In this document: in pieces, positions 12,608 to 24,783 of the stretch
Position numbering within the stretch: the stretch's first letter is position 1
How the letters are laid out: each line of letters opens with the position of its first letter
Assembly (NCBI RefSeq): GCF_964188315.1
Contig: NC_135668.1
Location: 33,976,001 to 34,040,000 of the forward strand
DNA: 64,000 nucleotides
Source: Podarcis muralis
Lineage: Eukaryota
Direction: 5' to 3'
The notes under the pieces: generated by a model
Told to the model about the DNA's origin: nothing
Databases searched by the model: none
Seen by the model: only the letters and a program-made list of their open reading frames with translations
Program-made: the position numbers and the translations under genes

Positions 12608-13328
12608 TATATATTTATTTCTTGTTGTCTTTTTGCAATTTTTCTTCCTCTTTCTCTCCCCCCCCCTGCCCTCTTTCAGCACTTAAAAGACAAACAAACA
12701 AAAAAATCAGCAGGGGCAGCCTGTCCTGTTTCACCATCTGATGTGAAACTCGAATTGCCACCTCCTTCCTCCCCTTACGTCCATTTCCACTGCCGCCATG
12801 CCCCAGCTCTTGCCAAACTCAGCAGGAACCAGGGCACTCCTCAAAGCATTGCCCCTTGCTTGGCTTCTCTGCCTGGGGGTGGGGAAAATGAGTGGCAATG
12901 CTGCATGCCACTACTTCTTGGTGGCAGAAGTAGTGGGATGGGCAGAACGCTGCCTCTTGCACTTCCACCGCCTGAGTCGGGCACTTCACCCCACCTTATG
13001 AGCAGGCTGGCTCTGCCAACCAGATGCCTCTTCTGGGAAGCCCGTAAACAGGACCAAGGACAAGAGCCTTCTCTCCTCCTGTGGCTTCCAGCAACTAGCA
13101 TTCAGAAGCATTTCTGCCTGCAACCATGGAGACAGAACATAGCCATCATGACTAGCAGGCAGTGATAGCCCCCCATTCAAAGGGATCTTCTTATTCAGTA
13201 AGGTAAAAACAGAATTTGGTGGATGCACTGGAAAATATTGTTTATCAACCCCATCATCATCATTATTAGAAGGCAAGGCTTGTTGCATATAAGGAATTAA
13301 GCTTACTCTGTTCTGTCTATGTACAGTA

Positions 13329-13679
13329 AAGGTAAAGGGACCCCTGACCATTAGGTCCAGTCGTGGCCGACTCTGGGGTTGTGGCGCTCATCTCGCTTTA
13401 TTGGCCGAGGGGGCTGGCGTTCAGCTTCCGGGTCATGTGGCCAGCATGACTAAGCCGCTTCTGGAGAACCAGAGCAGCGCATGGAAATGCCATTTACCTT
13501 CCTGCTGGAGCGGTACCTATTTATCTACTTGCACTTTGATGTGCTTTCGAACTGCTAGGTTGGCAGGAGTCAGGACCGAGCAATGGGAGCTCACCCCGGC
13601 GTGGGGATTCGAACTGCCGACCTTCTGATCGGCAGGTCCTAGGCTCTGTGGTTTAACCCACAGCGCCACCCACATCCCT
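13329..13679 (-). mobile_element. Sauria SINE, full length, 15-bp TSD
   Basis: Identical TGTCTATGTACAGTA at 13314-13328 and 13680-13694; A/B-box head and (ACCTTT)n tail. Confidence 0.92.
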
Positions 13680-14606
13680 TGTCTATGTACAGTAGTTATT
13701 TTCTAAACTTAAAATCAAGTCTGTGAACATGGGGTTCATTTCACAGATTTAATAATATACATGTACCATTGAATACAATCCAGAGTTATGCCTCTCCGTT
13801 GGTTGAATGATGCTTACTGGGATGGGAGACAGAGGAAAGACAACTGGATTTTATGTGAGTGCTGGGGCCTGTCCTGAATCTCAGGAACTGGTGCACTCTG
13901 TTTAATTATGCTCCGGGTATAAAAAAAACCATGGGGTGGAGGTTCCTTCTACAGTTAATTAAAAAAATTCCATTTGCAAAGTCTGATGGTTGTGATTTAT
14001 TTCATTTTTAAAATTCCTATCAATGCTAAGATATTCAAGAAAAAGTATTTTGGATGTGAGAGAGTTAACTGTGCAGCTGATGGGTCTATCTGGATTGAAA
14101 TTACAAATTATGTTAAGATTCTTTTCTCGTAGCTAGGATCGCAACGATAAACAAAGCTGAACATTTCATTGTTCTGTTTCATGCCGTTTTACGTTCAGAA
14201 TGATGAAGGGGGCCCTCTGGGTAGTTTCCCCCACCCTCATAAACTGGGGGGGGGGGCTGTAAAGGTGCATTCTGTGTGACAGCCCCATAAACTGCACAAT
14301 CCCACCCCTCATACAGAGATATACCTGGCACCTTCATTTTGTGGTTTCCACCACATGCTGAAGATGAAACCGTTGATTCTGGCCTTCGACAGCTGAGGAA
14401 TATACATTTCCCAACTTATTCTCTTGACTGCAATTTGTTTTAACTGTTCTTAATATTGCATTTTAAAAATGTGAAGGCAAGAAACCAAATAAATAAGCAA
14501 ATATGTACAAATAATAATGATTAACAACAATAATTTTGTCATTGTCTGTTGTGCAGAGGCCTGCAGCTATAGGTAATAAATATGGCTGACAAGCCATTGC
14601 TTGATG

Positions 14607-14607
<1 letters not shown>

Positions 14608-14662
<55 letters not shown>
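14608..14662. repeat. Compound microsatellite (TG)15(AG)12
   Basis: Read directly; unit counts are approximate by one. Confidence 0.95.
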
Positions 14663-17100
14663 ACATGAACCAGCCTGCCCTAACATCTATATTATCTAAA
14701 TCTTTTACCTTCCTATCCACTCTCGGATTAAAATAACGCCGGGCGACCCTGCACTATGAAATTCCACATGCAATGCTAAATGCACAGAAACCATTAGTGT
14801 ACAAAAAATCAGCCATCTTCCCTTAGTTCAGCTCAGCCTTCCTCTGCAAGATGGAAAAGTTCACAGTCCAGAAATGGGAGGTTTAATATGTACACATTTA
14901 CGCTCTGCTCACTCACAGATGTGTTATGTGTGTGCAGAGATACATGGTGCAAGTGTAGTAACAAAGCCTGAGCAAATGCAGCAGCCTCAGGTGACCCCCC
15001 CCCCTTAATAAGTTGCCATGGCACCCGCAGTGGGGCAAGAATACAAGCGCTAGGAATGTTCCAATGAGAAGGAAGGAATGGGGGGGGGGGGAGATTGTCT
15101 TTTGAGCCATAAATCATCCAGACAGCCCTTCAGCTGAGCTATCACTATACTGTTGCTGTAGTAACCAATGACAGGGAAAATCTGCAAGGAAATGTATAAT
15201 TATTAGATAGGAGACAGCACCTTAGTCCAGTCATCAGTACACCACAGAAAATATATGGCTCAATGGTTATGGTTTTTCTGTGTGTGAGAGTTTGTAAGGG
15301 GGAATTATTATTTTTTGGGTAGGGATATTTTGGAATGCATGTTAAGTTTTTTTTCCTGTTTACACCCCAGTAAGAATGGGTAGACCATTTTAATTTCTCT
15401 GTTTAACCGTCTGAAATTCAGCTCGCCACATTTTCACATCAGCTTGTGTGTTGATTTTTTTTGCAGGGGTGTGGGTGGGTGGGTGGGTCTGGAATTTCTA
15501 ATGAAAATTTGCCAGTATTTTTGTTCCATTTCCTCCTGATTTACACATCTTTGCAAGGGATTTCCCTTAACTGTAATCCATTTTTTCTGTGTTGTTTTCA
15601 TGCACGCTTTCCCCCAACGCACACATTATGCTTGTATACTTTTTTTTTTTTTGGAAAGAGAACTTCTCTTACAAAACTAAGAGAAGTACGACTTTGGAAA
15701 GGTAGCAAAGTGCAAATTAGGTTAAAGTGCAAAGAGCCTCAAATTTCTCCAAGAATTTCCTGGACATATCCGTAATACTGCATTCAGAAGCAGTGTCCGA
15801 GCATAAATCGCCAAAATGTCCAGGAAAATCTGGATGTATGGCAACCCATGTCGGCAGTGTCATTTTTTGAGATATTCCTTAAGAATAGCTCAACAACTTT
15901 GGGCAAAACTACAAAAAGCTCAACAACTTTGGCAAAAGAAGCAGCAGCTCAACAACTTTCAACTGCTTGAAATATGGCAACTCTAACTTACACAACAATA
16001 TTAAAATATTCAGTAGCTTTAGAAAGGACAGTGGTATGGCAATAAAACAGGATAAACTCCACGCTCTTGGCCCAAAGTCTTCTGTGTTACTTAGGGATGC
16101 AAGCAGGCAGCAATTTCTTTCTAGCTCCCTAACAAACTACAGTTCCCAGGATTCTCTGGGGGAAGCTATGCGCCTTAAATATATGGTGTGGCTGAAACCT
16201 CAGGTTGCATAGGTACCATACATTTAAAGCACACGTCTTCCCCCAAAGAATCCTGGGAACCGCAGTTTGTTAAGGGTGCTGAGAATTGCAGCCTTGCACA
16301 GTCTCCCCGCCATGTCCCAAGGCTGAGTTCCAGCAGTCAAGAGTAATTTAAAGCTCTTATGTGATGCTTCTTATCTCCCATTAAAAAAGCGGCTCCCCGG
16401 ACTTTTCCAGGTCAATGCCCCCTTGGTTTCATAAACTCATCCCCAGTGCCTGCATACTCTACCCTATAAAAGGCATTATTCAGAATAGTGGTTTGCATGG
16501 CCCACTAAGGCCATGAATATAATTCAAAACAGTAACACTTAATTGCACATTTTTTCCAAAATCCGGTTACAACTATTTAGTTTAATTAATTCAACAAAAC
16601 TGATGAACATGATCCACTGATGCCAGCTTTTTGAAGTCGGCTAGTCATATACACCTGCAGCAGCCCCCTGCTGCCCCCTTGCCTCAGCGCCCCCTAGGTA
16701 ATTCCACCGCCCCCAGGTACTGCCCACTTTGGGAATCACCAAACCTACCAAAAGATAGCCAAACCTAACCAGACCAAGCCTTTCTGAGTTCTATATCCAA
16801 AAACATGAGTCAGGCAGGGGTGGCTGGTGACCATTGTGACTGGTAGGGTGGAAGACAGGGAGCCCAACAGCAGGTGGCACTAGAGCCAATGACAAGTGGA
16901 GGCAACTAATTCTCATTTAGCATCCATCTTCCTCCTCCCTGTTGAGTTCCACAAAAGCAACACTGAGATGAAGGAGGAGGAAGCTGGCAGGTAGCGTCAC
17001 CCTCCCGGACTGGGGACGTAAGCAAGAAGGCAGGCAGGCAGGCAGGGCACCGTCCCATTTGCCCTAAAGGATCAGGGAGACAGGGACTTTGGTTGCAAGA

Positions 17101-18170
17101 TTCCAAGATGAACACACAGGGTAATATACAAAATACTGCTACAAAATCCCACGAACTCCCTAGACGCAATCAAAAAACAATGGGAGGATGACATAGGTTA
17201 TGAGATTAACCACACTCAATGGACCAAAATGTGGTCTAAACCCCCCTTTAAATCCATATCAATGAAAAGAAAAGAACTCACTCTGAAACTCACCTACAGG
17301 TGGTACCTAACACCAAGAAAACTAGCGCTAATATACCCAGGAACCTCACCAAAATGCTGGAGAGGGTGCACCTCCACAGGCACATACCTCCACATGTGGT
17401 GGGAGTGCCCCCAAATCCAACCATTCTGGACAACAACCATACGAGAAATAAGTAAAATAACCAAGCAAGTATTAGAAATCACCCCAGAATTGGCCTTACT
17501 AAACATCTTCCAAGACAATAATGCCCACTTACACCACAAAGAACTCATAACCCACCTACTTTTAGCAGCCAGAAGCATCATAACCAGACGCTGGAGAGAC
17601 CTGTCAGGAGTAAGCATGGACCAATGGTACCAAATAGTATGGGAAACAGCCCTACTAGAAAAATTAACCAATAAACTGAAACTGACATGGGATCAAATAG
17701 AAGAAGACACCTTCACCCCGGTATGGCTACCCTTTATCACATACACAGCCCAACATCACAACAATAAAAATCCACCAACAGCATACAAATCAATATGGCT
17801 AACCTGATCCAAAACACCCACCTACCCCACTCACCCATGAAAACAAAGACCACCACAGCCAACCACAAATGAATAGCCACACCCTAGGCCAACCCCAACC
17901 TCTCTCACCAACAAAGGAACAGCAAAGTACCTGCACAAGCAACGCTGACACCAAACCCTACATATAGTAAATATGGTAAAATAGAAATATCGCCACCTGA
18001 CCCCACCCCCACCCATCTTTCCCTCCCTCCACCTCTTTCCCCCTTTTCTTTCTAATGTCTCAACAAATGAAACTGATTTGTAAAACTGTTACATGGGGAA
18101 AAAACCACGAGAGACATTGCACACTTTTGTAAATCAACAAAATCTTTAATAAAAAAATAGATAAAAAATA
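17101..18170 (+). mobile_element. 5'-truncated L1/Tx1-clade LINE: ORF2 C-terminus, 3'UTR and A-rich tail
   Basis: The frame is open from about 17124 to 17807 and contains the CCHC knuckle CWRGC-x7-H-x4-C (ORF 17229..17807). AATAAA and an A-rich tail lie at about 18148-18170. Confidence 0.9.
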
Positions 18171-18920
18171 AATGGCAGCCTCTTGAGACAGAGACAAAAA
18201 TGTCAAACGGAAGCACATCAGTTATGCCTGCAAGCGACCCAACGAGGCCACATCAGCGTCACAAAGGAGAAGACAAACCAAGCAGGACAAGTGCTGCCGC
18301 ATTTGGTTTATCATTTCAAAAGCAAGCGCTCTCAAATGAGGTAACTTAAAAAAAAATCAAATCCAACCTAGAGTGATTTAAGTTCTACCTCTGGACCTAA
18401 GAGACCCCTATGCTCACATGGTAGGTCTTACCTTTAAAGAAAAGCCAGAACATATCAACATCTACACCCCAAACATCTATACCCTCAAACCCATCAAGGT
18501 GGAATATTTTCTAGGGCTGCAACATTTGATTGATTGGCGAATCAGCCAAAAACCTCCAGTGGGCAGTGGGCAACAACACTGCTCATTTGCTTTGCATTCG
18601 GAAGGTCCTGGGTTCATTCACTGGCATCTCCAGATAGGTCTGGAGCAGAACCCTGTCCCAAACCTGGGGAGCTGCTGCCAGTCAGTGTCGACAATACTGA
18701 GCTAGACAGACAATGGCCTGACTTGGTAGAAGACTTCCTATGTCTATCTAGCTCAGTATTGTTTACAAGGACTGGCAGCAACTCTTCAGCAACTCAGACA
18801 GGGGAAATTCCCTTTCCTACCTGGAGGTGCTGGCGATTAAACCTGGGACCTTCCACATGCAAATCAAATGCTCTACCAATGAGCTACAGTCCTTCCCCAA
18901 CAATGCTTCATGCCTATCAA

Positions 18921-19036
18921 GTATAGCTCATTTGGTTAGAGTATGGTACTGATAACGCCAGGTTCGATCTGCATATGGGACAGCTGCATATTCAGGTTGG
19001 ACTAGATGATCCTCAGGGTCTCTTCCATCTCTAGGA
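18921..19036 (+). mobile_element. SINE with a tRNA-Ile-like head and a CR1-derived tail
   Basis: TAGCTCAtTTGGTTAGAG..TGGT.CTgATAACGCCA resembles tRNA-Ile; tail GGACTAGATGATCCTCAGGGTCTCTTCCA. Confidence 0.65.
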
Positions 19037-21216
19037 TCCAACTATGTGTCAGAAAAGGAGGGATAAATCTGCAAGTTTTGGTTTTTCTGTTTCTCCTTTC
19101 CACCCCTGGGCTGCATCCTACCTTAGTCAAATTTAGAGCAGACCCACTGAAATAAACGTTCATGATTAAGGCAGCTTTCTATGTTCTTCCTATGTTCCTA
19201 ATGCCCATCATCCCTGAACACTGAGCAGCACGAATTGCTAAGATTGGCAGCTCAGCAACATCTGGAGGGCCAGGGGTTAGTGACCCCTTCCCTGGTGGTA
19301 TCCCAGACAGGCAGCTGCTGCATTAGATGCCTAGCTGTGGTTGCACAGGGTTCAAGAGATTGGATCCTGCCAGGTTCACCTGGCATCGTCTCAGGGGAGG
19401 AAATGTCCCAACTGAGGAGCCCATCCACCAAGCGCCACGGTCCTCAGCTGCCTTTATGAAACTGACGTGCCGCACCGCGAGGTTCATCTGCAGTGATTTT
19501 ATTATTATTATTGATTTCTGCAAAGTTAATAGACCTGGCTAAGAGAATCCCGCAATCTGAGCTGCTCGACTTCCTCGCTGACACCATCGGCACAGAGTTA
19601 ATGAGTTGATCAGAGGCTGAAGTTCCACAGCGTGACTGCAAGATCTGCCCCCAAAGCACAATTATTGATTGGGGTTTTTCCTTTCCTTTCCTTTTTTTAA
19701 TCTGAAGACAAGGCTCCCTTTATGACTTTTGACCAGATTTAACAGTCAGGCATCTCCTCCCCGCTCTGCAAGCAGTCATAAAACCAGGCACTGGAACAAG
19801 AAAGAAATGACCGAGAAGGGAACATGGGTGAGGATTAACACAATTTGGAACAGTGCACAGGGAGGGACATTTATCCCAGTTTCTCCTAATGCCAGAAAGC
19901 ATGGAGCTACACAAGAAGCTGCCCTACACTAAGGTAGCTCCTTGGGTTCATCTGTCCCAGGGCTGGGGAACCTCTGGCCTGCAAACCCATCTTCCCCAAA
20001 CCACATCCACCAGCTGACAAAACCCATGACATCATCTGATGGGTAGGAGGATGGTGTTAAACCCTACATTGGCTGTGCACCCATTCCAAGCACGGAGGAA
20101 GGGTATGCAGCCAAAGCAGAAGGATTTAACTGCTACTTTTATCAACTGATGAGTGGGGAGTTAAATCCTGCTCAGTTCAGCAAATTCCATGGAACCCCCC
20201 TGCTAAAAAAGAAAGGAGGGAAAAAAATCTCTATTTTAGCAGCACTTTGCAAGGTGCTTTGAAGTTCCGACTCTGGGACGTCAAAGCACCTTTCACTTGA
20301 TGTCATTGTGGCATCGTGTAATGGACAGGTGAGACTGCTCCTGATAAGGATCTGGCCCAAAAAGGTTCCCCATCCCTGATCTAGCTTGCGACTGGCAGTG
20401 ACTTGCCAGGATTTCAGCCGGGGGTTTCTTACAGCCCCCCCTGGAGATAATGAGCATTGCACCTGGGACCTTGTGCATGCAGAGCTATAGCACTGATTTA
20501 TGTCCCCATTTTGCTTTTTACTAGGTTCCCTAAGTAGAGCCCGGTGAAAAAGAGGCTGGGGGTGGGTGGGAGGGGAGTGTGAAGGCAGTGGTATCAATTA
20601 CCTACTTCAGTCCATGAGGCTGTAATCGACACGGCAATTGACAAAGACACATCTAAATCTAAGTCACTATAGATAAAAAAAAATCTAACACAAAACTCTC
20701 CAGACACAATGCAACCTGATCAAAGACAACAAATTACTACAAAGATTTCACAGGAGAACAAGAGATAAAATAATAAGCACATGGCCAGGTATCATGGTAT
20801 CTTAAAAATAAAATAAAATAAACACATAATTTTACTTTTGTTAAATTTGGGAGTCAAAAGCTTTTGCCTATGCACTGCAAATCACCCTGAGTTCAATCAA
20901 TAGATTCCAATGTACTACCTGCTCACTCCTCTGCAGATAGAATCAACACCCTCCAAATGTTGTTGGACTCCAACTCTCACGAACCAGCACGGCCAATGGT
21001 CAGGGATGATGGAAATTACATTTCAGAGGCATCTGGGAGGACACCATGCTGATGAAGAGAGTAAATTCAATTCCCAGCGACTTAACTGTTGCTAAACTAC
21101 TCAGAATAGCAACGATTCTGAAGGCATTTCCAGAGAGTTTTGCAACACCTTAAAATCTAACAAGTTTATTATGGGGCATCCTTTTTGTTAACTGGGCTCC
21201 ATTTCATCTGATGCAA

Positions 21217-21265
21217 CCAATCACTCAATCAATCCCTTTATTATGATAAATGACCAGTATTCACG
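21217..21265 (-). mobile_element. 49-bp retroposon 3' tip with a (GATT)n-like tail and a 10-bp TSD
   Basis: TCTGATGCAA at 21207-21216 and 21266-21275; shares aatcaat..ctttattatg with 57209-57455. Confidence 0.6.
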
Positions 21266-21624
21266 TCTGATGCAATTCTAAGACACTGTGGAATTAAGCA
21301 TTCTAATGAGAACGAAAGACAGAAAGCTGTTACAATTTACCGTACTGACGCAACCTCCTTTTGTAGGCAGTGCAAGGCAGGCTATTCAGAGCCCGGGGAA
21401 GCTGAAATGTTAGAAGATTTGGGACCAACACTGCATAAATAAACTGTGGAATTGTTCCCATCGGGTGTAGTGTCGGCCATGTACTTGGATTGCTTTAAAG
21501 TGGAATGGTCTCCCTCAGGAGGTTGTGGACTCTCCTTCCTTGGAGGTTTTTAAACAGAGGTTGGTTGGTCACTTGTCATGGATGCTTTAACTGAAGATGT
21601 CCCACAAGGCAGTGGGTACAGACT

Positions 21625-21895
21625 TTTCCCTGGGGTTTACTCCCAAATCCTTTCTCATGAAGGAGTATAGCCACAAGGCAGCAGAGGTTTAAGATCAGTT
21701 TTCCTTCTCCTAGATGGGCTACCTTCCCAGGTTGATGAGACTCATCTGCCCCTCATGTACAGAAACCACCTTCTTGACCATTGGACCCACTATTGGTCTC
21801 GTCCGTTCATCTGCCTGAGCTTGTCTTCACATGCAGGGGAAGTCCCTAACTTACCAAGGGTTTGAGACCCTCTGGCTACCTTCATAGCTGGCCAG
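21625..21895 (-). mobile_element. RTE-clade element 5' fragment
   Basis: Colinear similarity to 56130-56420 (cacaaggcagcagaggttta.gatcag...ttggacccac...gggtttgagaccc). Confidence 0.65.
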
Positions 21896-22836
21896 ACACA
21901 TAGTAATATGACAATACGCAGTATTCCCAGGTCTATGCAAGCTACATCTCAATAAACACATACATCAGATACACATGCATTACTGTATACCAGAGATGAA
22001 ACTAAGCTGAACTCTTTTGGACCCAAAGACATTTCAAGCCTTTCAGGCAAAAGAAGACACACTGCTTTATCATGGCACTTAACAGCCAGTCACCCATACA
22101 AACATTTCTTTGTTGGCTGCAGACTCCTGCCTGCAAAGATCTTTCTGACTGAAAGATTTTGGAAAAAGTGTTTGTCCTCAAACCCAAACACCACCTCAGA
22201 ACAAAAATGGTGAATCTGCATGTTCTATCCCCACAGCAACCAATTTGCCCAAAGTTACTAATATTTAATAATTGTGTGAGAGAGTGTTTTAAACCAGCCT
22301 CTGCTGACCACACATTAATTTTGCTAATCCTCAATGGCCCCAAAGGAATGTGTGTGCATGTGATAATATAAAAGAACTGCCTCTGGCCCACCAAATGGCA
22401 ACCCTTACTTGCCACAGAAGACCCGGCAAGAGGCCTATCAACAAGCACCCTTTAAAGAATCTGTCTTACACCAAGACAGGCCATTGGTTTAGTTAACACA
22501 GTACTACCCCAGAGTCATCTGCAACTGGACTTAACTGTCAGGGGTCCTTTACCTTTACCGGGGTTTTTTAACCAATGTGCTGCCCTCCACTCATTGTGGA
22601 CTTCAACTCCTCAGCTCTATCTCAATGGTAACATTCATTTAAAAGTGACACCAACTTCGGGTTAAAGCTGTTACTTAGCAGAAGGCAGCTTCCTATGACA
22701 AGGCAAGGTCCATAGCTCAGGGGTAGAGCATCTGCCTTGCATGCGAAAGGTCCCTGGTTCGATCCCCGACGGCCTCTCCAGGTAGGGCTGGGAATTGTCC
22801 CCTACCGGAGAGCCACTGCTTGTTATCAGTGTAGAC

Positions 22837-23399
22837 CAGTGGTTTTCAACCAGAGTGCTGTGAATGATGGTCAGGGGTGCTGCAGGCAACACTGGGCTCC
22901 ATCCCTCTTTCTTTCCTTCCTTCCTTCCTCTGATGCCCTTTAGTGTCTGTGCCTCCCAAAGGCTTGCATGGCCGTTTGTTGCAGCAGCCCTAGCTAAAAG
23001 GTCCGCAAGCAAACGGTGCCTCTGGGGCTGGCCAAGGGGTACTGGTTTCCAGGAGCTGAAGCAGCCTTGGAGTAAGCAAGCAAGCGGGCAAGGGAGCCCA
23101 ACCTGCCAGTCCACCAGCCCTTGCTGTTGGGAATGGACAGACAAGTCCCAGGCCCCTGTGGGGCAATGTGAGGAGGCACCTCTCTTTGGGGCGGGAGGGG
23201 GGGGGAAGGAGCTCAGAGACTAGGGGTGGCAGCAGTGGCTGCCCAGAGGACTCCCAGGGAGAGGAGGCTGAGGGAACACTCCACAGATGTTCTGGAGGCA
23301 AGGAGAGATATAACTGGGCTCCTGAGCCACACAGAGGTGCTGCAGAAAGAAGGTAGTTGGTCAAGGGAGCCATGAACTCAAAAAGGTTGAAAACCTCTG
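22837..23399. mobile_element. hAT (Charlie-like) non-autonomous element, 563 bp
   Basis: TIRs CAGTGGTTTTCAACC / GGTTGAAAACCTCTG and an 8-bp TSD GTGTAGAC/GTGTAAAC; splits a tRNA-Ala-type SINE. Confidence 0.85.
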
Positions 23400-24354
23400 G
23401 TGTAAACAATATTGGGCTAGATGAGCCATTGGCCTGAATCACAGAATTATGGAATGGTAGACTTGGAAGGGATCCCGAGGGTCATCTAGTCCAACCCCCC
23501 TGCAATGCAAGACTTGGTATTATGCAGCTTGTTCCTATGTTCCTAGAGTGTCTGTCCATCTGCATATGCACACAAGCAGCTCATGTCTTCTGCAGATCAG
23601 AGTACAAATTAAACTGCAGCTCATTTCTGCCAAACAAAGCCAACTGGCAACCTCTCCTGTTCCAAAGATCACCTTAATTGCCATCATTATTTCTTCGGAG
23701 CCAGGAATCAGCAGTTGCTAAGCCCAGGCCTTGACCTGCAGGAACTGCAGCCCCTCCCTCCCACACCGGCAACAGGATCAAGCAAAGAACAGGTGCTGCC
23801 CCTGGGGAACAGATGCAATGTGGTGTTTTGCATCCACCACAAAGTGGCAGGCAGCTGCTCCAAACACATCACCTCATTTGGCTGAGAAAACTTTGCATGC
23901 TGTTCCACTGGAACTTCCTAAGCAAATACACCCGGCAAAATTTAACAATTCAGCTGTCTGGCTGCAAAGTCATCGGGAGGAGGACCTCAGGCTTGGAGCG
24001 TATATGTGGCTCTCCATACCTCTCTCCAGGCTCCACCTCTTCTCTGCAGGCGACACCTCTCATTGGCCCAAGGGGTTTTTGCCTGGCTGGAACGTGGTCT
24101 TTGAGTCTTTTTCAGCCTAAGGGCCTCATTTCCTCCTGGGTAATTTGCCAGGGGCCACATGCTGGGTGCAGGTGGGGCCAGAGGCAAAGGATGGGGGGCA
24201 GAGCAACAGATGTATATTTTACTTTGTACAGTAGGCTAGTTTCGAGGCACATTCGCAACCCTCCCTATCCTCCACTCATGCAACCAAGAGTTATTATCAG
24301 TTCAAGGGCGCATTTCAGCCATGAAAGCTTGTTTCCTACTGTTCTAGAGGGTAG

Positions 24355-24610
24355 GACCCAAGCCAATTGGATTAATAGGAGAGGAAAGGAGATTCCGACT
24401 AAACATTAGGAAGAACTTTCTGACGATAAGTGATGTTTGACAATGGAACAGACTCCCTCAGAAGTTAGTGGGCTCTCCCTCACTGGAAGTTTCTAAACAG
24501 GGTATGGATAGCCAGCCACCTGTCAGGAATGCTTTAGCTCGGATTCCTGCATTGCAGGGTGTTGGGACTACAGTTCTTCCAACTCTACAGTTCTGTGATT
24601 CTATGGTTCT
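24355..24610 (+). mobile_element. CR1 LINE 3' end
   Basis: AAACATTAGGAAGAACTTTCTGAC...CAATGGAACAGACTCCCTCAG...TTCCAACTCTAC..TTCTGTGATTCTATG. Related pieces lie at 1-60, 2878-2930, 21490-21590 and 63740-63925(-). Confidence 0.8.
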
Positions 24611-24772
24611 ATACCCCTCTTGTTGCAGGTGATGGGGAAGACCAGGTCTCAGGCTGCTACCCTGGACCACCGCTGCCTGTGCTCACTAGCCTGGTGTAAA
24701 AAAAACGGCATGATTTGGCGCAAGGCGAATTCCCTATGCTGAAACAGCAAATCGATTAAACAGTACCTAAAC

Positions 24773-24783
24773 ATGACTCAGCA
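24773..24783 (+). promoter_or_regulatory. Consensus ARE / NFE2-MARE site in ABAT intron 1
   Basis: ATGACTCAGCA is an exact match to RTGACTCAGCA. Motif only; function is untested. Confidence 0.35.

Noticed and set aside
15887-15959. CRISPR-like repeat-spacer array
   Set aside because: The repeat is only 14 nt, the spacers are 15-16 nt and similar to each other, there are no cas genes, and the DNA is vertebrate.
23813-24409. 198-aa plus-strand ORF
   Set aside because: It runs across hAT-like and CR1 repeat fragments and has no coherent protein similarity.
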